A stretch of DNA of 52,557 nt from Acidobacteriota bacterium. GTDB lineage: Bacteria; Acidobacteriota; DASWHO01. Location of the stretch: assembly GCA_036398155.1 (NCBI GenBank), contig DASWHO010000368.1:1-52557 (forward strand), written 5' to 3'. Numbering within the stretch: the first letter of the stretch is position 1; every line of letters begins with the position of its first letter. Shown here one piece after another: positions 44,693 to 51,218 of the stretch. Both the position numbers and the translations under genes were made by a program. The notes under the pieces were generated by a model. It made no database searches, was not told the origin of the DNA, and saw nothing but the letters and a program-made list of their open reading frames with translations.

Positions 44693-46240
44693 CTAGGTCG
44701 GGACTTGGAGGGTCGGCATCGGCCGGGCCGAGAACAGCCGCACCAGCGGCTTGGCCAGGATGCGCGCCATGCGGTTGGCCCGCGAGTGGCGCGCGCTGTC
44801 GGTGGCGATGCCGGTGTTGGCGTACATCTGGCGGTAGAGTTTCGAGATCAGCACGAACGCGAGCCGCGCCTTGAGCGTCTTGACGCAGCGCGCGCGCTGC
44901 CAGACCAGGGGCAGCCGGTAGAACTGGTCCCACACCGCCTGGGTGCGGCGCCGAATCTCGTCGGGCGCCATCAGCGGATGCGGCGCATAGACCTTGGGCC
45001 GCTTGTGCTTGGGGATCAACCAGTGGCGCGTGATCGGGGTGCCGTCGACCTTCTGCACCTCGGCGCCCACCGATCGCTCCCAATTCTCGAAGTCGACGGT
45101 GCCGGGAAACGGCGTCAGCATCACGAACTGCGCCAGCGTCACCTTGGCTTTCTGGGCCAGGGCCACGGTGGCGTCGAAGGTCGACGGCTTGTCGGTCGGC
45201 AAGCCGAAGATGAACGAGCCCAGCACGTGCACCCCGTGTTTCTGAAACTGCTGCAGGCGCTCGGCCAGGGCGTCCCCGGCGAGATTGAAATCTTTGTAGA
45301 CCGCCTTGAGGCCCTCGGGGGTCACCGATTCCACGCCCACCAGCGCGCCCTTGATCCGCGCCTTGCGCATCGCCTCCACGTAGCTCGGGTCCTCGGCCGC
45401 CTCCATGGTGATCTGGGTGAAGAACACCATGTCGGACGGCAGCTTGGCCATCTGGGCCATCAGCTCGAAGCGCTCGTCGCGGATGGCTTTGAGCCGCAGG
45501 TACGCGCTCTGGTCGGCGCGCTGTTTGGCGAGCTCGAGGTCGCGCAGGGTCACCGGGTAGAAGTTGTCGTCGGCCAGGGTGATAAAACGGAAGCCCATGC
45601 GCCGCAGCTCGACGATCTCCTCGATCAGCGCGTCCGAGGACCGCACCCGCGGTTTTTGTCCGTCGGTGCGCCACACCGAGCAGAACGAGCAGTGCTTGGG
45701 ACAGCCCCGCACCGTCTGCACCGAGGCGAACATGTATTGGTCGCGCGGCAACAGCTCCCACCGCGCGCCCAGCATCGATCCGCCCTCGATCTTGCCGCCC
45801 TCGTAGATCTGCCGCGCCGTGCCCGCCTTGAGGTCGGCAATCACCTGGCCCCAGGCGCGCTCGCCGTCGCCTTTCACCACCGCCGACGCGGCGCCGTGCT
45901 CGATCACCTCTTCGGGATAAAGCGTCGCGTGAATACCGCCGTAAACGACGTGAGCGCCTCGGGCCCGCAGCGCACGCCCGACCTCGTAGCCGCGCAGCAC
46001 GTTGAGCGTGTGCACGCCGATGCCGACTATGTCTCCGGCGGAGACGCTGGTCAGGTCGACCTGCTCGAGCGTTTCGTCGACCACCTGCGGATCGCCGAAC
46101 TCACGGGGCGTGGCGCCAGCCAGCACGTACAGCCAGCGCGGCGTAATCACCGCGACGCCAAAAGATACGTCGCTCGGATTGATGAGGTGGATGCGCAGAA
46201 TGCCCCTCGGGCCGAGCCACAATGTCCGAGCGGCACCCAA
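44693..46240 (-). CDS. B12-binding-domain radical SAM protein (class B rSAM with a DUF4070-like C-terminus)
   Basis: 515 aa. N-terminal B12-binding Rossmann-like domain (IHLINP...VGIGVHT...VVYGGIHAT) and the CxxxCxxC cluster motif RGCPKHCSFCSV. The start is TTG at 46240 or 46222, so it is uncertain. Confidence 0.85.
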   Translation of the reverse strand: MGAARTLWLGPRGILRIHLINPSDVSFGVAVITPRWLYVLAGATPREFGDPQVVDETLEQVDLTSVSAGDIVGIGVHTLNVLRGYEVGRALRARGAHVVYGGIHATLYPEEVIEHGAASAVVKGDGERAWGQVIADLKAGTARQIYEGGKIEGGSMLGARWELLPRDQYMFASVQTVRGCPKHCSFCSVWRTDGQKPRVRSSDALIEEIVELRRMGFRFITLADDNFYPVTLRDLELAKQRADQSAYLRLKAIRDERFELMAQMAKLPSDMVFFTQITMEAAEDPSYVEAMRKARIKGALVGVESVTPEGLKAVYKDFNLAGDALAERLQQFQKHGVHVLGSFIFGLPTDKPSTFDATVALAQKAKVTLAQFVMLTPFPGTVDFENWERSVGAEVQKVDGTPITRHWLIPKHKRPKVYAPHPLMAPDEIRRRTQAVWDQFYRLPLVWQRARCVKTLKARLAFVLISKLYRQMYANTGIATDSARHSRANRMARILAKPLVRLFSARPMPTLQVPT

Positions 46241-46273
46241 ATGTCAACGGAGCAGCGATCCGGGCCGAAGCAG

Positions 46274-46310
46274 GAGCTGAGGCTGGAGCCGGCGGATACG
46301 GCTGGCGCCG
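46274..46310. repeat. Left copy of the 37-nt imperfect direct repeat flanking vapBC (non-coding relic of a gene 3' end)
   Basis: gagctgaggctggagccggcggatacggctggcgccg matches 47063-47099 at 29 of 37 positions. Read on the minus strand it encodes GASRIRRLQPQL. Confidence 0.75.
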
Positions 46311-46353
46311 ATTTGGTAGGCGAGGTGAGGTTTAATCAGAATCGGCGCGGCAA

Positions 46354-46752
46354 TCAGGCGATCGTCGGGACGACACCAGCGTCCACTAGCCGTTGGTCGC
46401 TGGTCAGCAGAGTGGCCCCAAGCACGCGGGCGCTCGCAAGAAGAATTCGAGCCGCGGGATCGCGATGGAGATCGGTGGGCAACGTCGCAATCTCCGCGGC
46501 TACGGCGGGACCGATGCCGCAGCGCTGAACCAGGGGTGGTGCGGTCGCCTGCTCCAGCCACTCCCGCAGCGCCAAGCGAAGCCGAATCCGACCGAGCTGG
46601 TGCAACGTGGCGATCTCCCAGAGGCTTATGTCGGACACCCAAAGCGGACGATCGGGGGCCGCCGCCCGAATGATCCGGCGCTGATCTCGCGACAGGCGAC
46701 CTCCGCCTTCGAACCACCAGAGAAGGATGTGGGTATCGAGCAGCGCCTTCAT
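46354..46752 (-). CDS. vapC: PIN-domain type II toxin
   Basis: 132 aa from the internal ATG at 46752 (MKALLDTHILLWW...). The PIN acidic residues sit in the expected contexts (LLDTH, SLWEIA, DPAARIL, LLTSDQRL). A 4-nt ATGA overlap joins it to the antitoxin gene. Confidence 0.88.
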   Translation of the reverse strand: MKALLDTHILLWWFEGGGRLSRDQRRIIRAAAPDRPLWVSDISLWEIATLHQLGRIRLRLALREWLEQATAPPLVQRCGIGPAVAAEIATLPTDLHRDPAARILLASARVLGATLLTSDQRLVDAGVVPTIA

Positions 46753-46997
46753 TTGCGCTGGGGCTTCTCGACTTCCCATGCTGTTGCCGGAAGCACGGGC
46801 GAGAGAATGTCCCCGACAATCTCGACGGAACCGACCAGATCGTTTTGAGGGAATTCGGCCCGCGTCGAGGTGGCCGGTATCAGCCTTGCCACCGGACGGC
46901 CACGTTTGACGATGTCTAGAGGTTCGCCGGTCCTGGCAACCTCGTCCAGAATCGCCAGACACTTGGCCTTGAATTCGGAGGCGTTGATCGTACGCAT
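46749..46997 (-). CDS. Phd/YefM-family type II antitoxin
   Basis: 82 aa. MRTINASEFKAKCLAILDEVARTGEPLDIVKRGRPVARLIP is the typical Phd/YefM N-terminal fold. It is translationally coupled to vapC. Confidence 0.85.
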   Translation of the reverse strand: MRTINASEFKAKCLAILDEVARTGEPLDIVKRGRPVARLIPATSTRAEFPQNDLVGSVEIVGDILSPVLPATAWEVEKPQRK

Positions 46998-47032
46998 ATG
47001 ACCAGTATATTTGACTGGTCATACACAGGCAA
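46998..47032 (-). promoter_or_regulatory. Predicted vapBC promoter/operator: TTGCCT-17-TATACT with a perfect 9-bp inverted repeat, abutting the antitoxin ATG
   Basis: The -35 lies at 47032-47027 and the -10 at 47009-47004, 6 nt before the ATG (46997). The palindrome ATGACCAGT-N7-ACTGGTCAT spans 46998-47022 and includes the -10. Confidence 0.5.
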
Positions 47033-47053
47033 ATCGCCCCTTAGCGCTGAGCG

Positions 47054-48388
47054 TTATGGGGCGAGTTGCGGTGAGAGTCTGCGGATGCGGCTGGCGCCGC
47101 CAGCGCCGGGCGCCGCGAACAGGGCGCGCGTGTATTCGTAGGCGCCGGCGTCGTAGCCCGGGCCGATCGGCCGGGGCGTGCCTTCCAGATCGGCCGGCGG
47201 CGCCAGCGCCGCCGTGCCCAAATCGATCGCGGGGCTGCCTGGGGCGAGATGGTAGTCGGCTTGGAGCCAGTCGGCGAACAGCGCGGCCGGAGTGGACAGA
47301 ATCGAGTGCAGGTCCAGGCCGGTGGCGGCGCGCCAGGCCGCGAGCGAGAGGATGGTATCGCCGCCGTCGGTAGTGAAGCGGTCCATGACCGCGTTGTGAT
47401 CGCTGACGGTGCCGGGCAGGCTGTCGGCGTCGATGCTGATGCTGCCGCGAAACGAATGCAGGTTGTAGAAGATGTTGTTATAGATCGTATTGCCGCCGCT
47501 GGCGTCGCGGATGTTGAGCCCCCAGCGGCCGTCGCTGGCCTGCAGCACGGTGTTGTGCAGCACCTGGTTGCCGCTCGAGGGCGCGCCGCCGTCGATGCGA
47601 TAGAGCGAGATGCCGCTGGCGTGGTTTTGGAACAGCAGGTTGTTCTGGAACCGCGAATCCTGCACCCCGTCGGCGTTGATCCCCGAGCCGCCGCCGGCGC
47701 CGTTGTCGAACACGATGTTGCGCTCGACCACGGCGCCGGTGATGACCCCGTCGCCGCCCTGGCTCAGGTCGCCGTTGATGTGGATGCCATTGCCGTGGTT
47801 GCTCCAGATCAGGTTGCCGCGGATCGCGGGGCGGTCGCCGCTGTTGGAGACGTAGATACCGTGCTCCAGCGCCGAGCGCGAGCACTGGTTGGCTTCGATC
47901 CTCAGATCGTCGCAGAAGCCGGTGAAGATGCCCCACTTGCCGTTCAGATCGGTGCGGTTGCCGCGGATGGTGACATGGTGGCAGAGCGCGGCGCGGATCC
48001 CGGCGCGGGTCGCGCCCACGACCTCGAACCCTTCGACCACCACGTAGCTCACGCCTTCGAGGTTGATCCCGTCCGGAGTGACGGGGTTGTCTTGATCGAT
48101 GGTTGTTCCAGGCTGGGCGCTGAACGTGATCGGCTGGTCGGGGGTGCCGGCGCGGCGCAGGTCGAAGCCGGCGAAGGCGCCGGGCAGGACGAACACGGTA
48201 TCGCCGGCGGCGACCGCATCGGCGGCGTGCTGCAAGGTTCGCCACGGTTGCTGTTGAGTGCCGGGATTACCGTCGTCCCCGGTCGTCGAGACGAAGTAGG
48301 TGTCGCCAGCGGCGGAATGGGAGCACAGCAGCAGCCCCAGGGCTAGAGCGCCGCACAACGCCGGGCCGCAAGGGAGGTTGAACCCCAA
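47054..48388 (-). CDS. Secreted right-handed parallel beta-helix repeat protein (pectate-lyase fold / NosD-like)
   Basis: 444 aa. Signal peptide, TYFVSTTGDDGNPGTQQQPWRTLQHAADAV opening, and multiple beta-helix turns (GIYVSNSG..., NGIHINGD..., NIVFDNGAGGGSGINADG..., NNLLFQNHASGISL...). Confidence 0.85.
   Translation of the reverse strand: MGFNLPCGPALCGALALGLLLCSHSAAGDTYFVSTTGDDGNPGTQQQPWRTLQHAADAVAAGDTVFVLPGAFAGFDLRRAGTPDQPITFSAQPGTTIDQDNPVTPDGINLEGVSYVVVEGFEVVGATRAGIRAALCHHVTIRGNRTDLNGKWGIFTGFCDDLRIEANQCSRSALEHGIYVSNSGDRPAIRGNLIWSNHGNGIHINGDLSQGGDGVITGAVVERNIVFDNGAGGGSGINADGVQDSRFQNNLLFQNHASGISLYRIDGGAPSSGNQVLHNTVLQASDGRWGLNIRDASGGNTIYNNIFYNLHSFRGSISIDADSLPGTVSDHNAVMDRFTTDGGDTILSLAAWRAATGLDLHSILSTPAALFADWLQADYHLAPGSPAIDLGTAALAPPADLEGTPRPIGPGYDAGAYEYTRALFAAPGAGGASRIRRLSPQLAP
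47063..47099. repeat. Right copy of the 37-nt direct repeat (inside the 3' end of the beta-helix gene)
   Basis: Sequence gagttgcggtgagagtctgcggatgcggctggcgccg. It encodes the gene's C-terminal GASRIRRLSPQL(AP*). Confidence 0.75.
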
Positions 48389-48495
48389 GTTGAAGTGTCC
48401 TCCAGCCCCCCGCTGTTTACGGTAGGGGCTCGATTTCGGCCCGTCAATCGAGCCGCCGATCGGGCGCTGGTTGCGTTTGCTTCAATTGCCAACCG

Positions 48496-48527
48496 GGTGC
48501 CGTGGGCAAGCTTCGCTTTGCCCACGG
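48496..48527. repeat. P2 palindromic repeat, copy D1
   Basis: Sequence ggtgccgtgggcaagcttcgctttgcccacgg. Confidence 0.9.
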
Positions 48528-48572
48528 ACAATGCAACGAACGGTTAGGGGACCCTTGTCGACCAGCGTCGTT

Positions 48573-48604
48573 CGTGGGCCGAGCAGAGCTTGCCCACGGC
48601 ACCC
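48573..48604. repeat. P2 palindromic repeat, copy D2
   Basis: Sequence cgtgggccgagcagagcttgcccacggcaccc. Confidence 0.9.
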
Positions 48605-48621
48605 ACTGGCTTTGAGGTAGG

Positions 48622-49383
48622 ATGGCGGCGGTGCGCGGACTTCGAGGCAAGACGGTCCTGATCACCGGCGGCGCCAGCGGCATCGGGGCGGCGAGCGCGG
48701 CGCGCTTCCTCGAAGAGGGCGCTCGGGTTTGCATCCTCGACGCGGACGCCGAGCGGCTGAAGAGCACGATGCAGCAGCTTCCGGAGCTGAGCGGCGGTCT
48801 GGAGGCGGACGTTTCGGTGCTGAGTCAGGTCGAGGCGGCGCTGGCCGAAGCAGCGCGCGCGATGGGCTCGGTCGAGGTCCTGATCAACAACGCCGGGATC
48901 AGCATCCGCCATCCGTTTCTGGAGATCAGCGCGGCCGAGTGGGTGCGGGTCCAGGCGGTCAACCTGACCGGCGCGTTCTACGTCGCCCAGTCGGCCGCGC
49001 GCCACATGGTCGAGCGCGGCGGCGGAGTGATCCTGAATACCGCCTCGACCAACGGCCTGGTCGGGCACCGGCTCTACGCCGACTACAACGCCAGCAAGGC
49101 CGGGGTGATCGAGCTGACCCGCTCGATGGCGCTCGAGCTGGCCCCCGCGGTGCGGGTCAATGCGGTCGCGCCCGGCTACGTTCTGACCCCGATGCAGCGC
49201 GCCGAATACAGCGATGCGATGCTGGAGCAAGTCAATCGCAAGATCCCGCTCGGCCGCCACGCCGATCCGGCCGAGATCGCGGCGCTGTTTGCTTTTCTGG
49301 CCTCCGACGATGCGGCCTACATCACCGGCCAGGTGTTCGTGGTCGACGGCGGCGAGACCGCCGGCGGCCTCGCGAGCCGCTGA
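48622..49383 (+). CDS. Short-chain dehydrogenase/reductase (classical SDR)
   Basis: 253 aa. TGGASGIG, NNAG, and catalytic YNASKAG (YxxxK). Confidence 0.9.
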   Translation: MAAVRGLRGKTVLITGGASGIGAASAARFLEEGARVCILDADAERLKSTMQQLPELSGGLEADVSVLSQVEAALAEAARAMGSVEVLINNAGISIRHPFLEISAAEWVRVQAVNLTGAFYVAQSAARHMVERGGGVILNTASTNGLVGHRLYADYNASKAGVIELTRSMALELAPAVRVNAVAPGYVLTPMQRAEYSDAMLEQVNRKIPLGRHADPAEIAALFAFLASDDAAYITGQVFVVDGGETAGGLASR

Positions 49384-49463
49384 GCCCGATGGTCCACATG
49401 CGGATTCGAGACCTAGGCACGACGAAAAATCAGTTGAGTTCTGGTTGAGGAGGATCAGGCAAG

Positions 49464-49529
49464 ATGCCACTCGGGAGAGTCGGGCGCGAGGCGCCCGGGG
49501 GAGCGCGAGGGGAGGACCCCTCGCTCTAG
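49464..49529 (+). CDS. Candidate 21-codon upstream ORF (leader peptide?) ending directly at the SDR2 start codon
   Basis: A GAGGAGG RBS at 49447-49453 lies 10 nt upstream of the ATG at 49464. The peptide is MPLGRVGREAPGGARGEDPSL, and its TAG at 49527-49529 is immediately followed, in frame, by the ATG at 49530. It is too short for the supplied track and its coding status is unproven. Confidence 0.3.
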   Translation: MPLGRVGREAPGGARGEDPSL

Positions 49530-50303
49530 ATGCGAGTGCTGGCCGGCAAGGTGGCGCTGATCAGCGGCGCCGCGTCCGGGATCGGGCGGGCGATCGCGAT
49601 GCTGTTCAGCGCGGAAGGCGCCGCGGTCGCGATGGTTGATCGGGACGGAGCCGGCGCGGAGGCGTTGGCCCGCAGCGTCGAGCAAAGCGGCGGCCGCGCC
49701 CTGGCGCTGCGCGCCGACGTGACCCGGGCCGCGGATTGCGCGGCGGCGGTGCGAGCCGCGGCGGCGAGCTGGGGTCGGCTCGACATTCTGGTCAACAGCG
49801 CCGGCATCATCCGGCGTGCGACAGTGCTGGAGACCAGCGAGACCGAATGGGACCAGGTCATGGCGGTCAATCTCAAGTCGATCTTTCTACTGTCCAAGCA
49901 GTCGATTCCGGTGATGGTCGCGGGCGGCGGCGGCTCGATCGTGAACGTCGCGTCGGGTTGGGGCCTGGCCGGCGGACCGCGCGCCGCCGCCTACTGCGCC
50001 TCGAAGGGCGCGGTAGTCCAGCTCACCAAGGCGATGGCGATCGACCACGGTCCGGACCGGATTCGGGTCAACTGCGTCTGTCCGGGCGATACCGACACGC
50101 CGATGCTGCGGGCCGAAGCCGCTCAGCTCGGCGAGCCGATCGAGCGCTTTCTCGGCGCCGCCGCGGAGCGCCCGCTGCGCCGCATCGGCCGGCCCGAGGA
50201 GATCGCGCGGGCGGCGCTGTTTCTGGCCAGCGACGCCGCCTCGTTCGTTACCGGAGCGGCCCTGGTCGTCGACGGCGGCGGCCTGTGCTCAGGCGGCGGA
50301 TAG
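49530..50303 (+). CDS. Short-chain dehydrogenase/reductase (classical SDR)
   Basis: 257 aa. SGAASGIG, NSAG, YCASKGA (YxxxK) and a PGDTDTP motif. No SD of its own lies at a normal distance. Confidence 0.9.
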   Translation: MRVLAGKVALISGAASGIGRAIAMLFSAEGAAVAMVDRDGAGAEALARSVEQSGGRALALRADVTRAADCAAAVRAAAASWGRLDILVNSAGIIRRATVLETSETEWDQVMAVNLKSIFLLSKQSIPVMVAGGGGSIVNVASGWGLAGGPRAAAYCASKGAVVQLTKAMAIDHGPDRIRVNCVCPGDTDTPMLRAEAAQLGEPIERFLGAAAERPLRRIGRPEEIARAALFLASDAASFVTGAALVVDGGGLCSGGG

Positions 50304-50308
50304 GGCGC
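50292..50308 (+). repeat. P5 17-nt motif GGCGGCGGATAGGGCGC (contains the SDR2 TAG stop)
   Basis: Sequence ggcggcggatagggcgc at the 3' end of SDR2. Confidence 0.8.
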
Positions 50309-50309
50309 C

Positions 50310-50393
50310 GGCAACGGGGACTGGTACGAATTTCCGGCACCGCCGTCCTGAGAGCTCGGCGGCGCTGGAAATTCGCTATCTGTCCCCGTTGCC
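50310..50393. repeat. Imperfect long hairpin of about 84 nt between the convergent SDR2 and marC-like genes
   Basis: The outer arms ggcaacggggac / gtccccgttgcc are perfect over 12 bp. The inner arms gaatttccggcaccgccg / cggcggcgctggaaattc pair at 16 of 18 positions. Confidence 0.7.
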
Positions 50394-50435
50394 CGCCTTG
50401 AAACGAGCCGGGTTACTCGCTGTCGACACCCCTCT

Positions 50436-50462
50436 CGGGCGGGGACGAGCCCCGCCCCTACA
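50436..50462 (-). repeat. P3 hairpin repeat, G/C compensatory variant J1
   Basis: The reverse complement is tgtaggggcggggctcgtccccgcccg. The arms GGGCGGGG/CCCCGCCC are fully complementary. Confidence 0.85.
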
Positions 50463-50507
50463 TTTTGCGTGCCGCTCCGGCCAGGCTCGGTGGTTTTCGA
50501 ACGCCGC

Positions 50508-50534
50508 CGGGCCGGGACGAGCCCCGCCCCTTCA
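50508..50534 (-). repeat. P3 hairpin repeat, decayed G/C variant J2
   Basis: The reverse complement is tgaaggggcggggctcgtcccggcccg. Confidence 0.7.
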
Positions 50535-50564
50535 ACCTCGCTTCGCCCGCAGTGCAACCCTGGC

Positions 50565-51155
50565 CTACGGCTGAGTCCAGAACTGGCGGAAACCGCTCAT
50601 CAGCATTTGCACCGCGATCGTGACCAGGACCATGCCCATCAGCCGTTCGGTGGCGATCAAGCCGCGGCGGCCGAGGAAGCGGCGCAGCTGGCTGGCGAGA
50701 AACAGAATCGCGCTGGTCAGCACCCAGGCGATCCCCAGCGCGGTGAGCCACTCGGGCCAGCGCTGCGGCTCGCGGTTCATGATGAACATCACCGACGCGA
50801 ACGCCGACGGGCCGGCGACATAAGGGATCGCAAGCGGAACCACGAACGGCTCGCCTTGCAGCTCCTCGGCTTGGCCGCCGGCTTGCGGCGGGAAGATCAT
50901 CTTGAGCGCGATCAGAAACAGGATGATGCCGCCGGCCACGGTCAGGGCCGGCTCGGAGATGTTCAGCAGCCGCAGCAGGTACTGGCCCAGGAACAGAAAC
51001 AGGATCAAGGCCAAAAGCGCGATCAGCAGCTCGCGAATCATCACCCAGGTCTGGCGCGCCGGCTCCACCTGTTTGAGCGCCGCGAGGAAAAACGGAATGT
51101 TGCCGAACGGATCCAGAACCAGAAACAACAGCAAGGCGGCCGAGATGACGGTCAT
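50565..51155 (-). CDS. MarC-family (UPF0056) integral membrane protein
   Basis: 196 aa. LVLDPFGNIPFFLA N-terminal signature and six hydrophobic segments. Confidence 0.85.
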   Translation of the reverse strand: MTVISAALLLFLVLDPFGNIPFFLAALKQVEPARQTWVMIRELLIALLALILFLFLGQYLLRLLNISEPALTVAGGIILFLIALKMIFPPQAGGQAEELQGEPFVVPLAIPYVAGPSAFASVMFIMNREPQRWPEWLTALGIAWVLTSAILFLASQLRRFLGRRGLIATERLMGMVLVTIAVQMLMSGFRQFWTQP

Positions 51156-51218
51156 GGGCTCGAGCGCTGCGAGGCGCTCCGAGAGGCGCTATCTTATGCA
51201 CCCCTTCGCGGCAAGACA

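Noticed and set aside
46242-46247. A TTGACA hexamer directly upstream of the rSAM TTG start, considered as a possible -35 element.
   Set aside because: A promoter here would put the transcription start about 35 nt inside the annotated ORF, where no plausible start codon follows. It is probably a chance hexamer.
46244-46819. A 191-aa minus-strand track ORF overlapping vapC and extending into the vapC-rSAM spacer.
   Set aside because: It is not a gene. It overlaps vapC out of frame and is Arg/Ser/Pro-rich. Only its last 22 or so codons are of interest, as the relic copy of the beta-helix gene C-terminus (see the first finding).
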